Source: Trichoplax adhaerens (lineage: Eukaryota > Animalia > Placozoa). Taken from it: a stretch of 64,000 nt of DNA. The stretch spans positions 5,679,102 through 5,743,101 of the forward strand of contig NW_002060944.1 in NCBI RefSeq assembly GCF_000150275.1, written 5' to 3'. The notes under the pieces were generated by a model. The model was not told the DNA's origin, searched no databases, and was given only the letters and a program-made list of their open reading frames with translations. The position numbers and the translations under genes were made by a program. Positions 1 through 13,890 of the stretch are shown here, piece by piece. Numbering within the stretch: the first letter of the stretch is position 1; every line of letters begins with the position of its first letter.

Positions 1-2241
1 GTAGGCGTAGCCGTAAATTGTACTTTGATTATTCAGATAAAATTTTCTCTGCATAGATCCGAAAGTTATAATCGCTATCTTATTATCTATCTCAAATAAT
101 CAGTTAATAAAAATACTGGCCATAAGTTAATTTACGACTGCATCACAAAAATAAAAGTCTGTAATGATGTCATCTAATTACAGTAGTTACCGGGTATGTG
201 TTAGAGTAAAAACCCACACACTACAAACTCCTTCTATGTCTTCTTGCTGTAGTACTGGAGGATACAGTTAAGTTGTTTAGGTGAAATGGACCTGCTATAG
301 AGCTATTTTAGGCATTCCTGCTATCCGATATAGTAAGTTTGGTGCAATTAAACATAATTAATTATTAGAAGCAGAATTCCAGCATCGCTGTAGTTTTAAA
401 TTTTATTGAACAACGGTGGAAATCTAAGTCTAGACTTAATCAGAGATTTGAGCTGGACCTGTAATGATAGCAGTCAATGCCGAGCCTATAAATATTCTAG
501 TTGTACTGTATCTTAAAGACTTCGTTCCATAGCTTCTCCAAGTTATAACAAGTGTGCTTGATTATAGCCAACAGTCTAGTACTGAAGATCTCGATCCTTT
601 TCTATGCAGTGAAGACTTAGGCTACATTTTTAAAATAAGCACCTTATAAACTATAAATAATAAGTTACAGAATTAGTTTTGATATTTTCCACTACAGACC
701 TCATAACTGAATCCATCTATGAGGAATTGTTTAGCCTGTCGGTATATAATATCTACAGCAGAGAATACTTAGTGCAAACAATTCTAGGCAATCTTTGAAC
801 AAATATCTGATCTTACTTGCCTAATTTTAAGAGAGGTAATGACTGATTCATGCGTATAAAATAAAACTCACAGCTAAAAAGATCTATTACAGGGAATACC
901 TGCTGTATATCACCTAACTACAATATTAGGTAGTCCTTAATTAAGGAAGTAATACTCGTTTTCGGACTTTAGTCACACTTGTCTAATTTTATAGATGGCT
1001 TCGACAAAGATTAGTGCATCAAAATTTAATCTTGCGGCTGAATAGGTTAACTACTGCAGAGTATAGCATAGCTACGTATAAGCTAAAATAGCTTTTCGCC
1101 AGTTTTATTACACATTTAAATCCATACTTACAGAGTTACTACAGTAACAGTTATATCCAATTATAATTTCAAGGCTATCTTTCGTCAGACATAAACGAAG
1201 CGGATAGAATATTAGATCCTCCATTTTAAAATTAATGAGTTATAAGCAATGAAGTAAAGTATTTCAGATATTAATTTTTTTATTATAAAAGTAGAGTCAT
1301 CTATCAAAATTGCACCAAATATAAGATTAATAACAGATTGATTCTTAAAGCTATTGGGACTTTATCAGGTAAGCTATCTTTCTGAAGATCGTTTCTATGC
1401 CAATTAAATGCTCCAGAATTGTTCAATCTGGTTATTATCCTTGCAGAATAATATTTTATGCTATAAGATCGTATAAAAAATATTCAGTAATATTAAATCA
1501 CTCGACTATAAAATCAATGACTAATTAATCTGTTCTCCTGACTAATTGAATTTTATTGTGTACGGCACATTCTTTACCTCAATATCATTTTCATCTCAAT
1601 CTGATGTTATAAAAGTTATTGCAGCAAAACACTGTTACTATCCATATTCAAGTCGAAGACTATATTAATTTTATCGCCTGCTATCTTAATATTATAACAG
1701 CGGTTATAGTAGTTAATACTTAATTATTTTGGATCAGGTAATCCAATATTTTTATACATGCAACTAATGTATTCAATCGCTATGACGTCAGTCATAAAAT
1801 TTGTTCCATATGCTTCCAGTTTTTAACTATTTGATTATACTTTATAATATCAATGCTTCTGATCTTGATCTAGTATTTAGCTGATGCTTATATAGAAAGA
1901 AAAATAATAATTAATTCAATGAAACCATATTGTCAACCATTAAAATGTTTATGCGAATTGAAGAACAATTTATACCAAATACTTGTACCAATACCTACTA
2001 TGGCATGTAAACTTCTCATAGAAATTGACTGATTTTAATCACTGACCTATGCTAACAACTTAAAGCAGGTCGAGAAAACCTTATAATTTAGTTTTTCCTT
2101 CGTAAGCATTGCTAATTTTATGAAAACAGGTGAAAGATTTTCATCTATCACCTGTTCTTAATATTAACTTCAAAAATGTTTACAACAACCACAGTTCCCA
2201 AAACTAAATTTTTTGTGTCCGGTAAGAAATTAAAATTTAGT

Positions 2242-5200
2242 ATGAACGATGTCTTTCGAGTAAGTAAGGAGTGTTTGCTGTTTGAGAATTAGATGGTAAA
2301 AATAAAAATTTACTAATACTAATATTATGCTATTGATTCTATAAATATTTTCATGCACAGGCAGCTAAAGTTGGTGATTTGACACTTGCTGAACAAGCAT
2401 TGATAAATTCCTATTCAGTATCATTTGTTAACAGACTAGATGAAAATAGCTTATCACCAGTTCACTATGCAAGCCAATTTAATCGAGCGGAATTGATTGA
2501 AATCTTAACTAAGCATAATGCAGGTTGGATCCTCACCTATCATCCTGCAATCTGTATACATACACGTTTAAATTGAATTTAAACAGTATTTTTCAGCGCT
2601 TTCTATTCGTCGGATAGTCTTGGATTATAGTGATCACCAGGCCGTTTGCCTACAAGTACAGAATGATGTAGGGATATTTTTGCTTATTCTAATCTTTATT
2701 ATTGATTCTACATTAGATGTTAACGTAAAAGGTCTAGATGGTATAACGCCATTACATGTAGCCGCCAAATACAATAGTTTAGATGCTTTACAAATTCTAC
2801 TAACACTCGGTGCGAAATTAGACGCCCAAGATGATGATAATCAGACACCTTTGCATATAGCTGCAAAGCAAGGCAACGTCGATATATGCATGGTAAGCTA
2901 ATTGATGAACAGAGTTATTAGTATCAAAGAAATTCACAATAAAGCGCTAGAACCAGACTCTACTAAGTACTATAAAATTTACAGCTAATCTTGGTACCTC
3001 ATCGAAAGCATGAATTCCATTTACATCATTCATAATAAAGAAGAATTAATCTTCAAATTACTGTAGTAACTAGTCATTTAGGTTTATGAATTTCATCGAA
3101 AAATATGTTTGCCAAGTATTGCTTATTTTCTAAATTTTGCATGATATTTGATATAACTTCAACAATGCTAACATATCAGCCAAATGATTCAAATTAGATT
3201 ATACTGAACCAGAACAGATCCTTAATTGCTGCCGTGGATAAAGATTTGCTAACGCCATTACACCTAGCTTGTAGTCGCGGCAAGCTACTGGTGTGCCAAT
3301 TACTGGTAAGAATTATAAGGAAATAGCACGTGAAGTGTTTAAGATTTTTAATCACGACTCTACCAGAAGTCGATTAGGACTTTAATAGCCACCTGTATCT
3401 AATCGCAAGTAGTAAAGAGATTCCTATCAAATATAGATTAAAATTAAGCACACTAATAAGTGCAGTAATAGTCATCCATCAGACATGAAATAATGAGAAA
3501 TCCTTAATCATAAGTTTAGCTTTCAGATCTTAGGCATGGGATGGATTTACGTTACAGAACATTACTACAAGATTATGATATGCTCACCAATTTTATAATA
3601 GTGGTAGAATTTAGTATTAAATACATATCATTGATTAATTGCACACTACTTAGCAGGGTAGCTATATGATATCTATGTGTAAATAAGTAGTTTACTCGAA
3701 TAGAAAGTACAGTAACAGCTAGTGAGTTTTAGTGTTAGATATATAGCATTGATTAATTGCAATCATCACTAAACAGCGTAGCTATGTATATAACGTCTAT
3801 ACGGTAATAAAGTAGTTTACTTAAATAGGAGACACAGCTAGTGAGTTTTTAGTGTCAGATGTCTAGTATTGATTAATTATACAATTTAACTGTAGAGTAT
3901 TAAATTCACTAATAACAGAGCAATATTATCCTTTATTCAGTATAGTTGCAAATATAATCCGAAGTAGAGTATTGTACTGTCCTGTAAACTTCCTTCTGCA
4001 TAGTAATCTAGCACCTATACTTTTTCGTCTACATATGGAAGCGCGCAAAATGGAGATGTTAAATTTGAACATACCATTTTTAAATAAAGCTATCATCCCG
4101 TACATACAGTAGAGTAATTATAGAATCGACAATATATACTGTAGCTATGTGCTAAATTGTTAATTCTGACATAATCAATTTCTGTGCTAAACCTTTAATC
4201 CTATTTCTCTCCAATATCATTAGCTTTCATATTAATTTACACAGTAAATCTTGAACGTAGATTAGAAATGGAGCTAATATTAATGCACAAGCCATCGATG
4301 GTAGTATTCCAATACATTTCGCTGCAATTCGAGGAAGTGTTGAAGTTATGCAACTCTTGTTGGATACAGTCCAATCACGAAATCTTAAGTTAAGCCAACA
4401 TTTACTTGAAAGTGATTATGACGGCAGAACAGTCATTCATAAAGCAGTTCAAGGAGGCAATATGGAGGTGAAAGACAGATTATTTCATAGTTAGTTTGTT
4501 CACCCTCTACCTTATACTAAAATTTTGTCCTTATTTGTATTGTATTAGGCAGTTTTATTATGTCTAAGGAATTCCGCTGACATCGCTGCGTACCAAGTAA
4601 GAACATATGATGACACAGAGCATCTAAATTTTAAATACCATCAAGATAATTTATACCACAATCTCAAAGTTGCTTCTAAACCTAATCATATCGAAACTTC
4701 CATCACAAAAACTTTTTAATTCGTTATAAGCAAAGTCTATTCTTATTTCAATCTTAGAGAGATGGGACTACAGCTTTGCATATTGCGGCAGCTGGTGGAT
4801 TAACAGATATTGCCGATGCTTTAATTCAGAGTTTTGCTCCAGTTGAAGCTAAAGATAATCAAGGTAGAACAAGTCTCCATTTAGCATCCATGTATGGCCA
4901 TTTAAAAGTAGTGAAAGTCCTGGTAGAAAATGTAAGTTTACGCTTTTGAGCCGAGAACTACTAGAAGAAATATCCGTAGTTTAAATGTAAAATCGAAACC
5001 AAAATCTTAAATGATAAGAAATGGTCGATTTGCTAGAGCTATTGAATTAATTGAATTCTCTCTCAATCTTATTCATCTAGAGAGCTAGAATTGATATGGT
5101 GGACGACAAATTAAGAACTGCATTATCCTATGCTATAGAACAAGGCCAATTAGCTGTCAGTAAATACTTAATCCGAGAAAAAGCCAATCTGCATGTCGCT

Positions 5201-8200
5201 GACTATCAGGGTAGAAACTATATGCATATCGCTGCCTGGCAAAATAACACGGAAATCATGGCTTATCTTCTAACGGTAAATAATCGCAATTTATTTATAT
5301 TCGATGCAGAATTGACAGAAATAAGAAAGAACTAGTATCAATTTAAATTCCATATCAGAATTCGATCTGTGATCAAAAATAGGCTATAAATGAATTTAAA
5401 GAATTTTTTTCTAATCATTCAGAGAGGTGCTGATGGATTTATTAACGAAATCGATAAATTTGAAAGAACTCCTTTACATTACGCTGCTGAAGAAGGCAGT
5501 TATTCGGTATCTACGGCAAAAACTTAATACTAATGAAATTACATAAACCTAGCATACACTTCATCCAGCTAGAATTCCTCCCTTGCTTTAATTTTAATAG
5601 CGTTCAAATTTAGCAATTATTCCTTCTTTTAAGGTTATAAGTCAAAGAATTTTCTTTAAACCTACTATTAGATGCTACTTCATTCTCATCTAAATTAATT
5701 AATTACACAGTGGACATCCAAATCTTATTGCAAATTATATGACAAACAGCGCTCTAAACCAACAAAGCTAGAATTTACAAGTGCATGCAATGTTGTGAGG
5801 ATAAATTCTATTAAGCTAGCTGGCTATTAAAGAAGCACTTTAATTAATATCATTAGCAAGCTTTAAACATTGTTACCGATTAATATTTACATTTAATCCA
5901 TTAACAAAGAGTTAAACCATTATCTGGCTTATTATTAAACGCTACCCATTCGCATTTAGATTGCGTCAATTGCACAGTGTACATCCAAATCTTATTACTT
6001 TAGGATAAATTCTTTTAAGTTTATTAGCTATTGAAGAAATACTTTAATTAATACCAGTAGCAAGCTTTAAACATTGTTATCGATTAATATATTCACTTAA
6101 TTTATTAGAGAAGTGTTAAACTAATATCTATTTTAATCTACTAGTTTAGTTAAAATTTACGGTCATATCCAGGTTTAGATACCGCTTGATTAAAATATTT
6201 GTTGATATTTGACAGGTTGGCAATTAGTTATAGCGTACTTATATCATGAGTCTCTCAAAATCATGTAACAGTTATTACATGCTGTCACAACCCTCACTTG
6301 TGGCAAAGGAAAGTAAAGAACTCTAGTGTAGTTACTTAAAACTTGGGCTATTTCTCCCAGTACTTTCAGTTTCTATGAGAGAAGTATTTGAGAACTCGCT
6401 TTCTCGGCTGATCTCCACAGACAACTGACTAATTATTACACTATTCTTCACGATATGAGTCTTGCCGTTTCTTGAGCAATTACTTTCTTTATTCTACAAA
6501 CACACGCGCTTAAATAGGTTTCTACAGTGAATTCCAATATTAACGAGTGAGAATTCATGCTTTACAAGTTACATTAATTAGTATAATACCATTACTAAAT
6601 ATACATGTCGATATTCTCACACTTAGATAGCTACAAGCTATCAGGTGTTAAGACGCTTAACCTTCATCCATATACAGCTCAATTTTTAGAGATTAACATA
6701 CCTTATAAACCTACAGTAAATTAACTGCTAATAACTTCTATTTTTATCTCATTTCTACCATCCTATTATCGGCTACAAGCGCATTAAAACATAGCACATA
6801 ACCTTATCTTATCTATTCATAAGCATTCATTAATTTACAGTTACTTAATTAGTAACGGCGTACCGTGACACATGCATATTGATATTGCTATTTATTTTTT
6901 CAACCTTAAAGCTAAAAGTAAATCAAGACAAAATTTAGCCTATCGTAACTTCATAATTTTACGAATATTATACTAATATTATTCTAATAGGCCATGGAAA
7001 CATTATTGGCCAACAAAGCAGCGTTGGATATAACAGATGCAGACGATAATACTCCATTACATTTAGCTTGTAGGCAAGTTTCCTCGTCGATATCTTCCTT
7101 ACTACTGCATATTAAATATCCATGTGTACTCAGTGATTATAGGATACAGTTATGCGGTAATCTTAACGATTTATATCCAGCCTATTCTACTTATTTTATT
7201 TAGAAGAGGAGATTTTTACTGCGTTAAATTATTGTGTGATAAATCGCTAAATAAACTGAATAGCCCAGGGGAACGTTCTCGAACACCTTTACATATGGCC
7301 GTAATTTATGATCACCTCAAAGTTGTCCTACAGTTAATAAAGTATGGAGCTGATATTAACAGGAGGTGAGATAATTCCAATTTACAGTAGCTCAGATTCC
7401 ATCTTTCCATCCAGCCTAGTATTAATATAAAAGTAAAACTTTCTCAGGTTTTATATTCTGTACAATACTATAAAACATTATGCTTGATTTAGGACTAAAA
7501 TCACTATTGATGCAAAACAGCTAATTGATACTAATTACCGCATTTGATTCTATCAAAAATATCATTATCCATTATGCTAGGGATGGAAGCTACTGTACAC
7601 CTTTGAATTTAGCTGCATCAAAAGGTTATGAAGATATTATTACAGTATTACTTGATGCCGGTGCTGACATCGATATTCAAAATAGTAAACGCGTAAGTTG
7701 CCATTTGAAGATTATTAGTATGAATTATATTTTGCTTTTCTAAGCCGTTAATTCTCCAGGATTACGAATTTATACATCTCATTGGATTTATACTGTAATA
7801 ACGGAGTTAATATATTTGTACCGTTAACCACCATGTTCTTCATCTTATCATTAATATATTCTGATCTTGATTTAATTCTCAAGTCGAATACTGGTTTACA
7901 AAGTATCGATGTACTTTTCAACTAGTAGGCTATTAAGTTTAAATTATGGTTATAGCTATAATCAATAGGGATATAAGCAAACAGTTTCATTTTATATATA
8001 TATATATAACTGAAACTAGTCTCATTTTCGCTTCGTATTAGTCTTAGGAGCGAACTGGACCGTTGAATATATGTTGACCACAAATTTTTAGTTTACCATA
8101 TTCCTTCCTTCCCTAAGTCTTAATTTTCACAGGAACTCAATACATATAGTCTAATCTCCTAGGTATCATACCTTTACAATCGATGATGCAGTAGTTCAAT

Positions 8201-11200
8201 ATTTAGTTGTATGCAATCCAATCATAGTAATAAATCAATCAATAAATAAACAATACCAAAGGCGGGCGTAGTATTTAATTTATAAATACTCTTTAATGGA
8301 TTTTAGCAAACAGCGCTACATATTGCAGCATTTCATGGGCATACAGAAATAGCTAAAATACTTATTAAACGAGGAAGTAGCTTACTGGGGCGAGATGAAG
8401 AGAATAAATCATGCCTTGATATTGCGATCGAGCGCAATCATGAAGAAATTGTATCCATTATAGTCAAGGAAAAAGAGTAAGATATCGGAATGGCCTAATG
8501 AGCTAAACTACATCAATCAATTCTAATTTATTTTAATGATTAATATAGACAATCTCATATAATAAGGCTTTATTCATCGCGTTATTTTTGTTAGAGGACG
8601 CCAGATCATGCTTGAAGGTGGGCGATATTCCCAGACACCAATGCAGAAAATAATTGCAAAATTGCCTGATGTCGCTCTGGTTAGCAGATAGACTTTTCTC
8701 CATATTCATCGATATCCTATCTTTACTTTAGTCTCCTGACAATTCAATTTGCTATAAATTTTTATAATTGGTTAATTCCTGTTTGATAATGTAGCAAGTA
8801 ATGCAAAACTGCATTGAAAGATCTTGCAAGAATAAAAATCGCGAGGACTATAGCGTAAATATAATAAACTGATATTGAATAACGATAATATGGTCTCTTG
8901 TTACTAAGATCGTGACAACATAGTTTATATCCTTGTTGAGGTCTTAACTCATTATAATTTATTAGATTGAATATGATTTTACCTTACTTGATCCCGGACC
9001 TCAATTTGAGCTAAATGCCAAGGAGCATGGTATGAAGAAACCTCAAGACTATAACTCCTTAAAGGTTAGTTTCACCAACTGGAACTTTCATAACTATACA
9101 TGACCATATCTGCTGTTATTACTTATTAAGAATTTAATATTGTTGAGACTAGTAGAGACTAATGTAGACCATTTTGAAAGTTTATAATATACCCTCGATG
9201 TTCTAACCTTTAACTCCATAATTCGATGATATATTCTAATCTCTGATTAATGATTCAAATTTAATTGATATTCAAGCATTCTTGAAAATATCTTAAAATT
9301 GACTTTTTATAATCTGTCCCTTCGAATGCTTACCGTTTACTAGTAGATTTACGATTATTGCTCAAATATTAATTTAACGATATCATTTAATATATGACAG
9401 TTAAAAAGGTTAATCTTAACGTTGTGTTGCAATTTATAAGATCAACTCAAATTGTTCGGTTTGCAATCGTGATAGAGATAATACCATAATTTTAACAACT
9501 TGTATACTATCCAGAACATTTCTATATTTTATGTTGATGATAGACTATGCTACAACATCAACGACTTGAATTAATTGGGCATGAATTATCAAGAGCTTTA
9601 ATTGATTGCAAATGGTGAGATTCTATGTATAATTTAGACTTTGTGTTCATTACTGTCATCGTTTTTTTTAATTTTATGAAATGAGAACGGAAAATTAGTT
9701 ATTGTTCATAGTAACACTGATAACACATTTAAAAATATGTTTGAGGAATTAATATAATAGCCTGACCAGTCTCAAGAAATTTTTCGTAAATAGTGTAAAG
9801 ATCACGCTATCAAGTAATCTAGAAAAGCTATTTACAGTATACATGAGGCCAAAAATGCTATCTGTTACAATTTTATTGAAATTCGGTATTTACATTGTTT
9901 TCCGCATATTTCATCTCATACATGCCAGAAAATTATCCTGCACTGTATAAAGTGCCTAATGTACTATCTGTTATGATTATTTGGATTATAGGCGACGCTA
10001 TGGATTATATGTATTTTATTTAAATCTGGCATTCTATATCGTTTTCTTAACATTTTTCACCATTTATGTTATGGAATTATCATACAATACGCCTAATAAT
10101 AACTTTACTAACGCATTGGGAGGAAATAAACAAAAAACAGCTGCAAGCACAGTTTATCCAACGACTCCAGAGCTATCTACTTCGGATAGTAATTTAACAA
10201 TAGTAGTAACTGATAGTTCAATCGATTCAACCGCAACAGTAAGTGATTTATCGAACACTTTTAGCCTTGACGATTAAATATGCCATTGAAATCATATGCT
10301 ATAAATCATACGCGTATGTAATATTCAGCGAAATTACTTCAATATTCCGGTTGCAAATCAAAATGATATTTATACTCCTACAATCAAGAAGTGGTATTTA
10401 GATTTCTTTAGGACTAGCTATCATATGTGCTATATTGATTAAATGCCACATATCACGTATAATAATCGTAATACAAGCATTAGCTAAGGTTCAAAGTGTA
10501 GTATTAACGAATTGATCATCTATACTGTTTTAGTAGTTCATCTTATTAGCCTAGCAATAACAGTTACTGTGATATCTTTATAAATCAGTACTTTTGAAAC
10601 TATAACTGCTATGTCATTTATTTCTTCTTCGCAAGCTTAATGGTACAATAACAGACTGACTATGATGGAGTGTGAAATATTCATATCGTTAATGCTACTG
10701 TACAGGATAGCAGTTTCTATTTTCTTCCGCTTCAGAACTCTGACAAAATTTGAAGGGTCTTAGGTGTTCAATAATAAGTGATACACTTAGCATTGTTACC
10801 AATTTAAATCTATATTCTCCTGCAGATTTCTAGTACAAGACTATCATCTGGTATGATAATGATACAATTAATCGTTATAATCTTTGGATTAATTAATTTC
10901 GCTAAGGAAATATCCGAAATGGCTCATAAGGTAAATTATGTTAAACCCTAGCTAGCTATTAAATGAGAAGGATATTCTGTTTTCACAATGTGGTTGGTTA
11001 TATCCGTTACTAAGTGTGTAGAAACTGATAATACTTATATTCTATCCTTTTAATATCACCTGTTATAGGGATTCAGCTACTTCACATCGTTTTCAAATTA
11101 CGTCGAGATGTCACTTTATACGACAGCTTTCATTTTCATGTTCCCTTTTGGTACTAAACCAGATCAAGATCAATGGTTGATAGGCAGTATAGCCATATTT

Positions 11201-13890
11201 CTAGCTTGGATTAACCTCTTACTATTTAGCGAAAGGTAACGAATATTGATCTGGTGCCAACGTTTATAAAAGAAAATAGTACTATACTATTGAGCCTACT
11301 AGTGTTTCATGTTATCATATTCCTAATATAGATTGGCCCATTATGGCATTTTCTCGTCAATTTAGCAATTTTATGTACTAATCTTCTTTTGCGTCACTAT
11401 ACCGTATCAGAATCAACTTTTTTGGAATTTACGTGCTCATGTTGAAATCAGTAATAGGGACATTTCTGATGGTAAGTCAAAATATAAAAAATAGTCTCTA
11501 CCGGTCTGACTTTATGCAAGTATGAAATTACAATTATTAAGTGATGTCATAACATCATTATCGTACTTCTTTCTTTTGATTGGTGCTAGTATAACCAATG
11601 GCAATGTATTATCTAAATGCAACTACTAACAGTATATTTTTTTAATTAATGGACTTCTATCGTAGCTAGTACCCGTTATCATAATCTTTATTATTGCGTT
11701 TGGATTTGTATTTTATATTGCAGCAGGCACTGAGGTAAGATATAAAACATAACAGATTAGCATTCATATGTACATAAAGATTGTGCTGATCCTTTTTGAA
11801 AACATTTCTCAACAATTACCTCCTATAAATATTATTATTTAAATAGGCCGCATTTAGTACAATCGGACTGTCATTTATAAAAGTTATCGATATGATGGTT
11901 GGAGAAATTGATTACATGGACGTATTTGTTACTCCAATCTCCAATCAGACGATTGCTTATCCCCATAATATACTAGTCCTGTCATTTACTATCTTATTCA
12001 TATTCCTAATGCCAATCCTGCTAACAAATCTTATGGTAGGTTAACGCATCCATAGTCTGTTTTCTATATAAATATAAATGATTAAACTTTTAATTATAGA
12101 GTTAAGTGCACAACTTAATTTAGTGATGAACGCAGCCATAGTCTGCCTTGAAGACAAAGTTAGATTTAAAGCATCAAAGTAATTTATAACGTCGAATTAT
12201 GTTAATTTAAGCATAAAGAGTTGTCGCTTACTCTATGGATAAATATTAAATTGAGGGTTCAGCCGCTTACCTTATGATCACAACCGAGATTGTAACACAA
12301 GAATTAAACGGGATTCTTTCCTCTAAAGTAGACTTAACTATCTAAGCAACTAACTCTAAGCACTCTTTAATCAACCAAACTTAGATTCGAGTCTTAGACG
12401 ATAGATTACTCACGTTAAGGATCAAAACTTTATTCTAGAAGCTATTTTATTAAAATGTCCGATTGAACGCACAACTTACAATTACGACTAGCAACTGATA
12501 ACCATCTGTCATCGACTAACGTAACTAACTCTCAATTAAGAACTTTGAGACTTTATATATCCTCACCAACTTCGTTGGTGCAAAAACAGTAATTAATTAA
12601 TAACCCAGTCTACATACTTATTATAGCCAGAATCACAACACACTTTCTATGACATTTAATATTAGTTAATTAGTAGCTAGGTGTCAACATATGATTCATC
12701 ACACAACAAAATTATAATATTGATGATGCATTAATTAATGAATGTCACACTTATGTTAACTGAAGCGTTATCAGTCATAGTCGGAGTTACTAATAGCTCT
12801 AATATTGGAAATTAAGTTATATACAGAGTTAAAATATTACTTTAGCCATCAAAATAGGCGTAAAAAGTCCTATCAATCTATTTAGAAATTAAAAATAAAG
12901 CTACTCAGATCATGGTTTCATTTGATAATTATTAAGACTAGCTCAGCTTCATTGCTTAAAGTTCGGTTATGATATAAATTTAAGCATGAACGTAATTGCA
13001 ACTTATTTCGTAGGTAAATTTTAAATTAGTCAAAAAATCGAGTTGCATACGTCAACTTCAAGTATATTGCTGTTATAATTATGACACATCTGTTACCACT
13101 AAACAGTAAATTAGGCCAGGATCGGCGTTACATTTATAAAATTTCAAGAGTTTTTGTTATAATGTAATAATGCATTGGAGTCTACTTAACTAGTTTTATC
13201 ACATTTTAAATTAGACTGGTTTAGCGATAGGAGATATCGAAGAAATAAAACAGAATGCAAGCTTACGAAGACTGCAAAATCAAGTTGAGTTTCTGGATGA
13301 TTTAGAAAGATCCATGCCATTATACTTCAGGAGAAGACTGTACTCCTCCAATACTGTAATTTATCCAAATACAACTGCATATAAGGTAAAAAAACTTCCT
13401 TTAGTTTTTGCCTAAGTTGTTAATTAAGGTATTTCTATTAACATGGGTAAAAGTGGACTTAATATCTGACCCTAAAGATGATAATTTATACCTATACAGG
13501 TTCATTCATTTATAAATGGGCGCATAATAAAAGTTCGAACTAATGATAATAGCCAAGACCATGAAAAATTTAAAAAGATTCATCATAAGTTAGAAGCCCA
13601 AAAGCAGCAGTAAGTTAATATTTATACTAATAATGTACTTATTGATGTAAATCTATTGCCCATATCTGGATTACTTGGACCACAGGTTAATGATAGATAA
13701 GTCCTTACTTAATACTGTTGTATCGGAACATATTGTTCGTTGTAGAATAAGACATTTAAACTTTCAGCTGGAGGATATACTTAAACGCGTATCCGGTAAT
13801 CAAATACCCCAGCAACGCCGAGAATCATTTGGTGATATTTATAGCACTATCCTTCCTAACTATTCTAGTGGTGTTGCTGGTGAGGCATAA
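2242..13890 (+). CDS. TRPA1: TRPA1-like transient receptor potential channel (~17 ankyrin repeats + 6TM pore), 26 coding exons
   Basis: Phase-consistent exons: 2242-2259 (start tentative), 2361-2523, 2717-2892, 3198-3305, 4261-4467, 4549-4596, 4758-4931, 5081-5275, 5423-5506, 6991-7073, 7204-7365, 7581-7692, 8307-8476, 8595-8679, 8795-8854, 8966-9064, 9544-9614, 9992-10238, 10826-10930, 11069-11235, 11411-11471, 11666-11734, 11847-12035, 13215-13385, 13500-13609, 13746-13890. Repeated TPLHxAA ankyrin motifs; pre-S1 'RLELIGHELSRALIDCKW'; S4 'AIFLAWINLLLF'; pore 'DMMVGEIDY'; S6/TRP-like helix 'MPILLTNLMTGLAIGDIEEIKQNASLRRLQNQV', all matching TRPA1 signatures. Confidence 0.92.
3605..3885. repeat. 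Degenerate ~119-bp tandem repeat (~2.4 copies) in a TRPA1 intron
   Basis: 'attgattaatt' recurs at ~3630, ~3748 and ~3868; 'agtagtttact' and 'acagctagtgagtttt' each occur twice about 120 bp apart. Confidence 0.8.
5701..6130. repeat. Diverged direct duplication (2 copies, internal indel) in a TRPA1 intron
   Basis: 'cacagtg(g/t)acatccaaatcttatt' at ~5706 and ~5973; 'aggataaattct...actttaattaata...tagcaagctttaaacattgtta(c/t)cgattaatat' at ~5798-5887 and ~6002-6090. Confidence 0.8.

Noticed and set aside
1783-1790. Perfect CRE (TGACGTCA) upstream of TRPA1; also an M-box-like GTCACATGAC at 21971-21980
   Set aside because: Single short motifs are expected by chance in 64 kb, and the TSSs are unknown.
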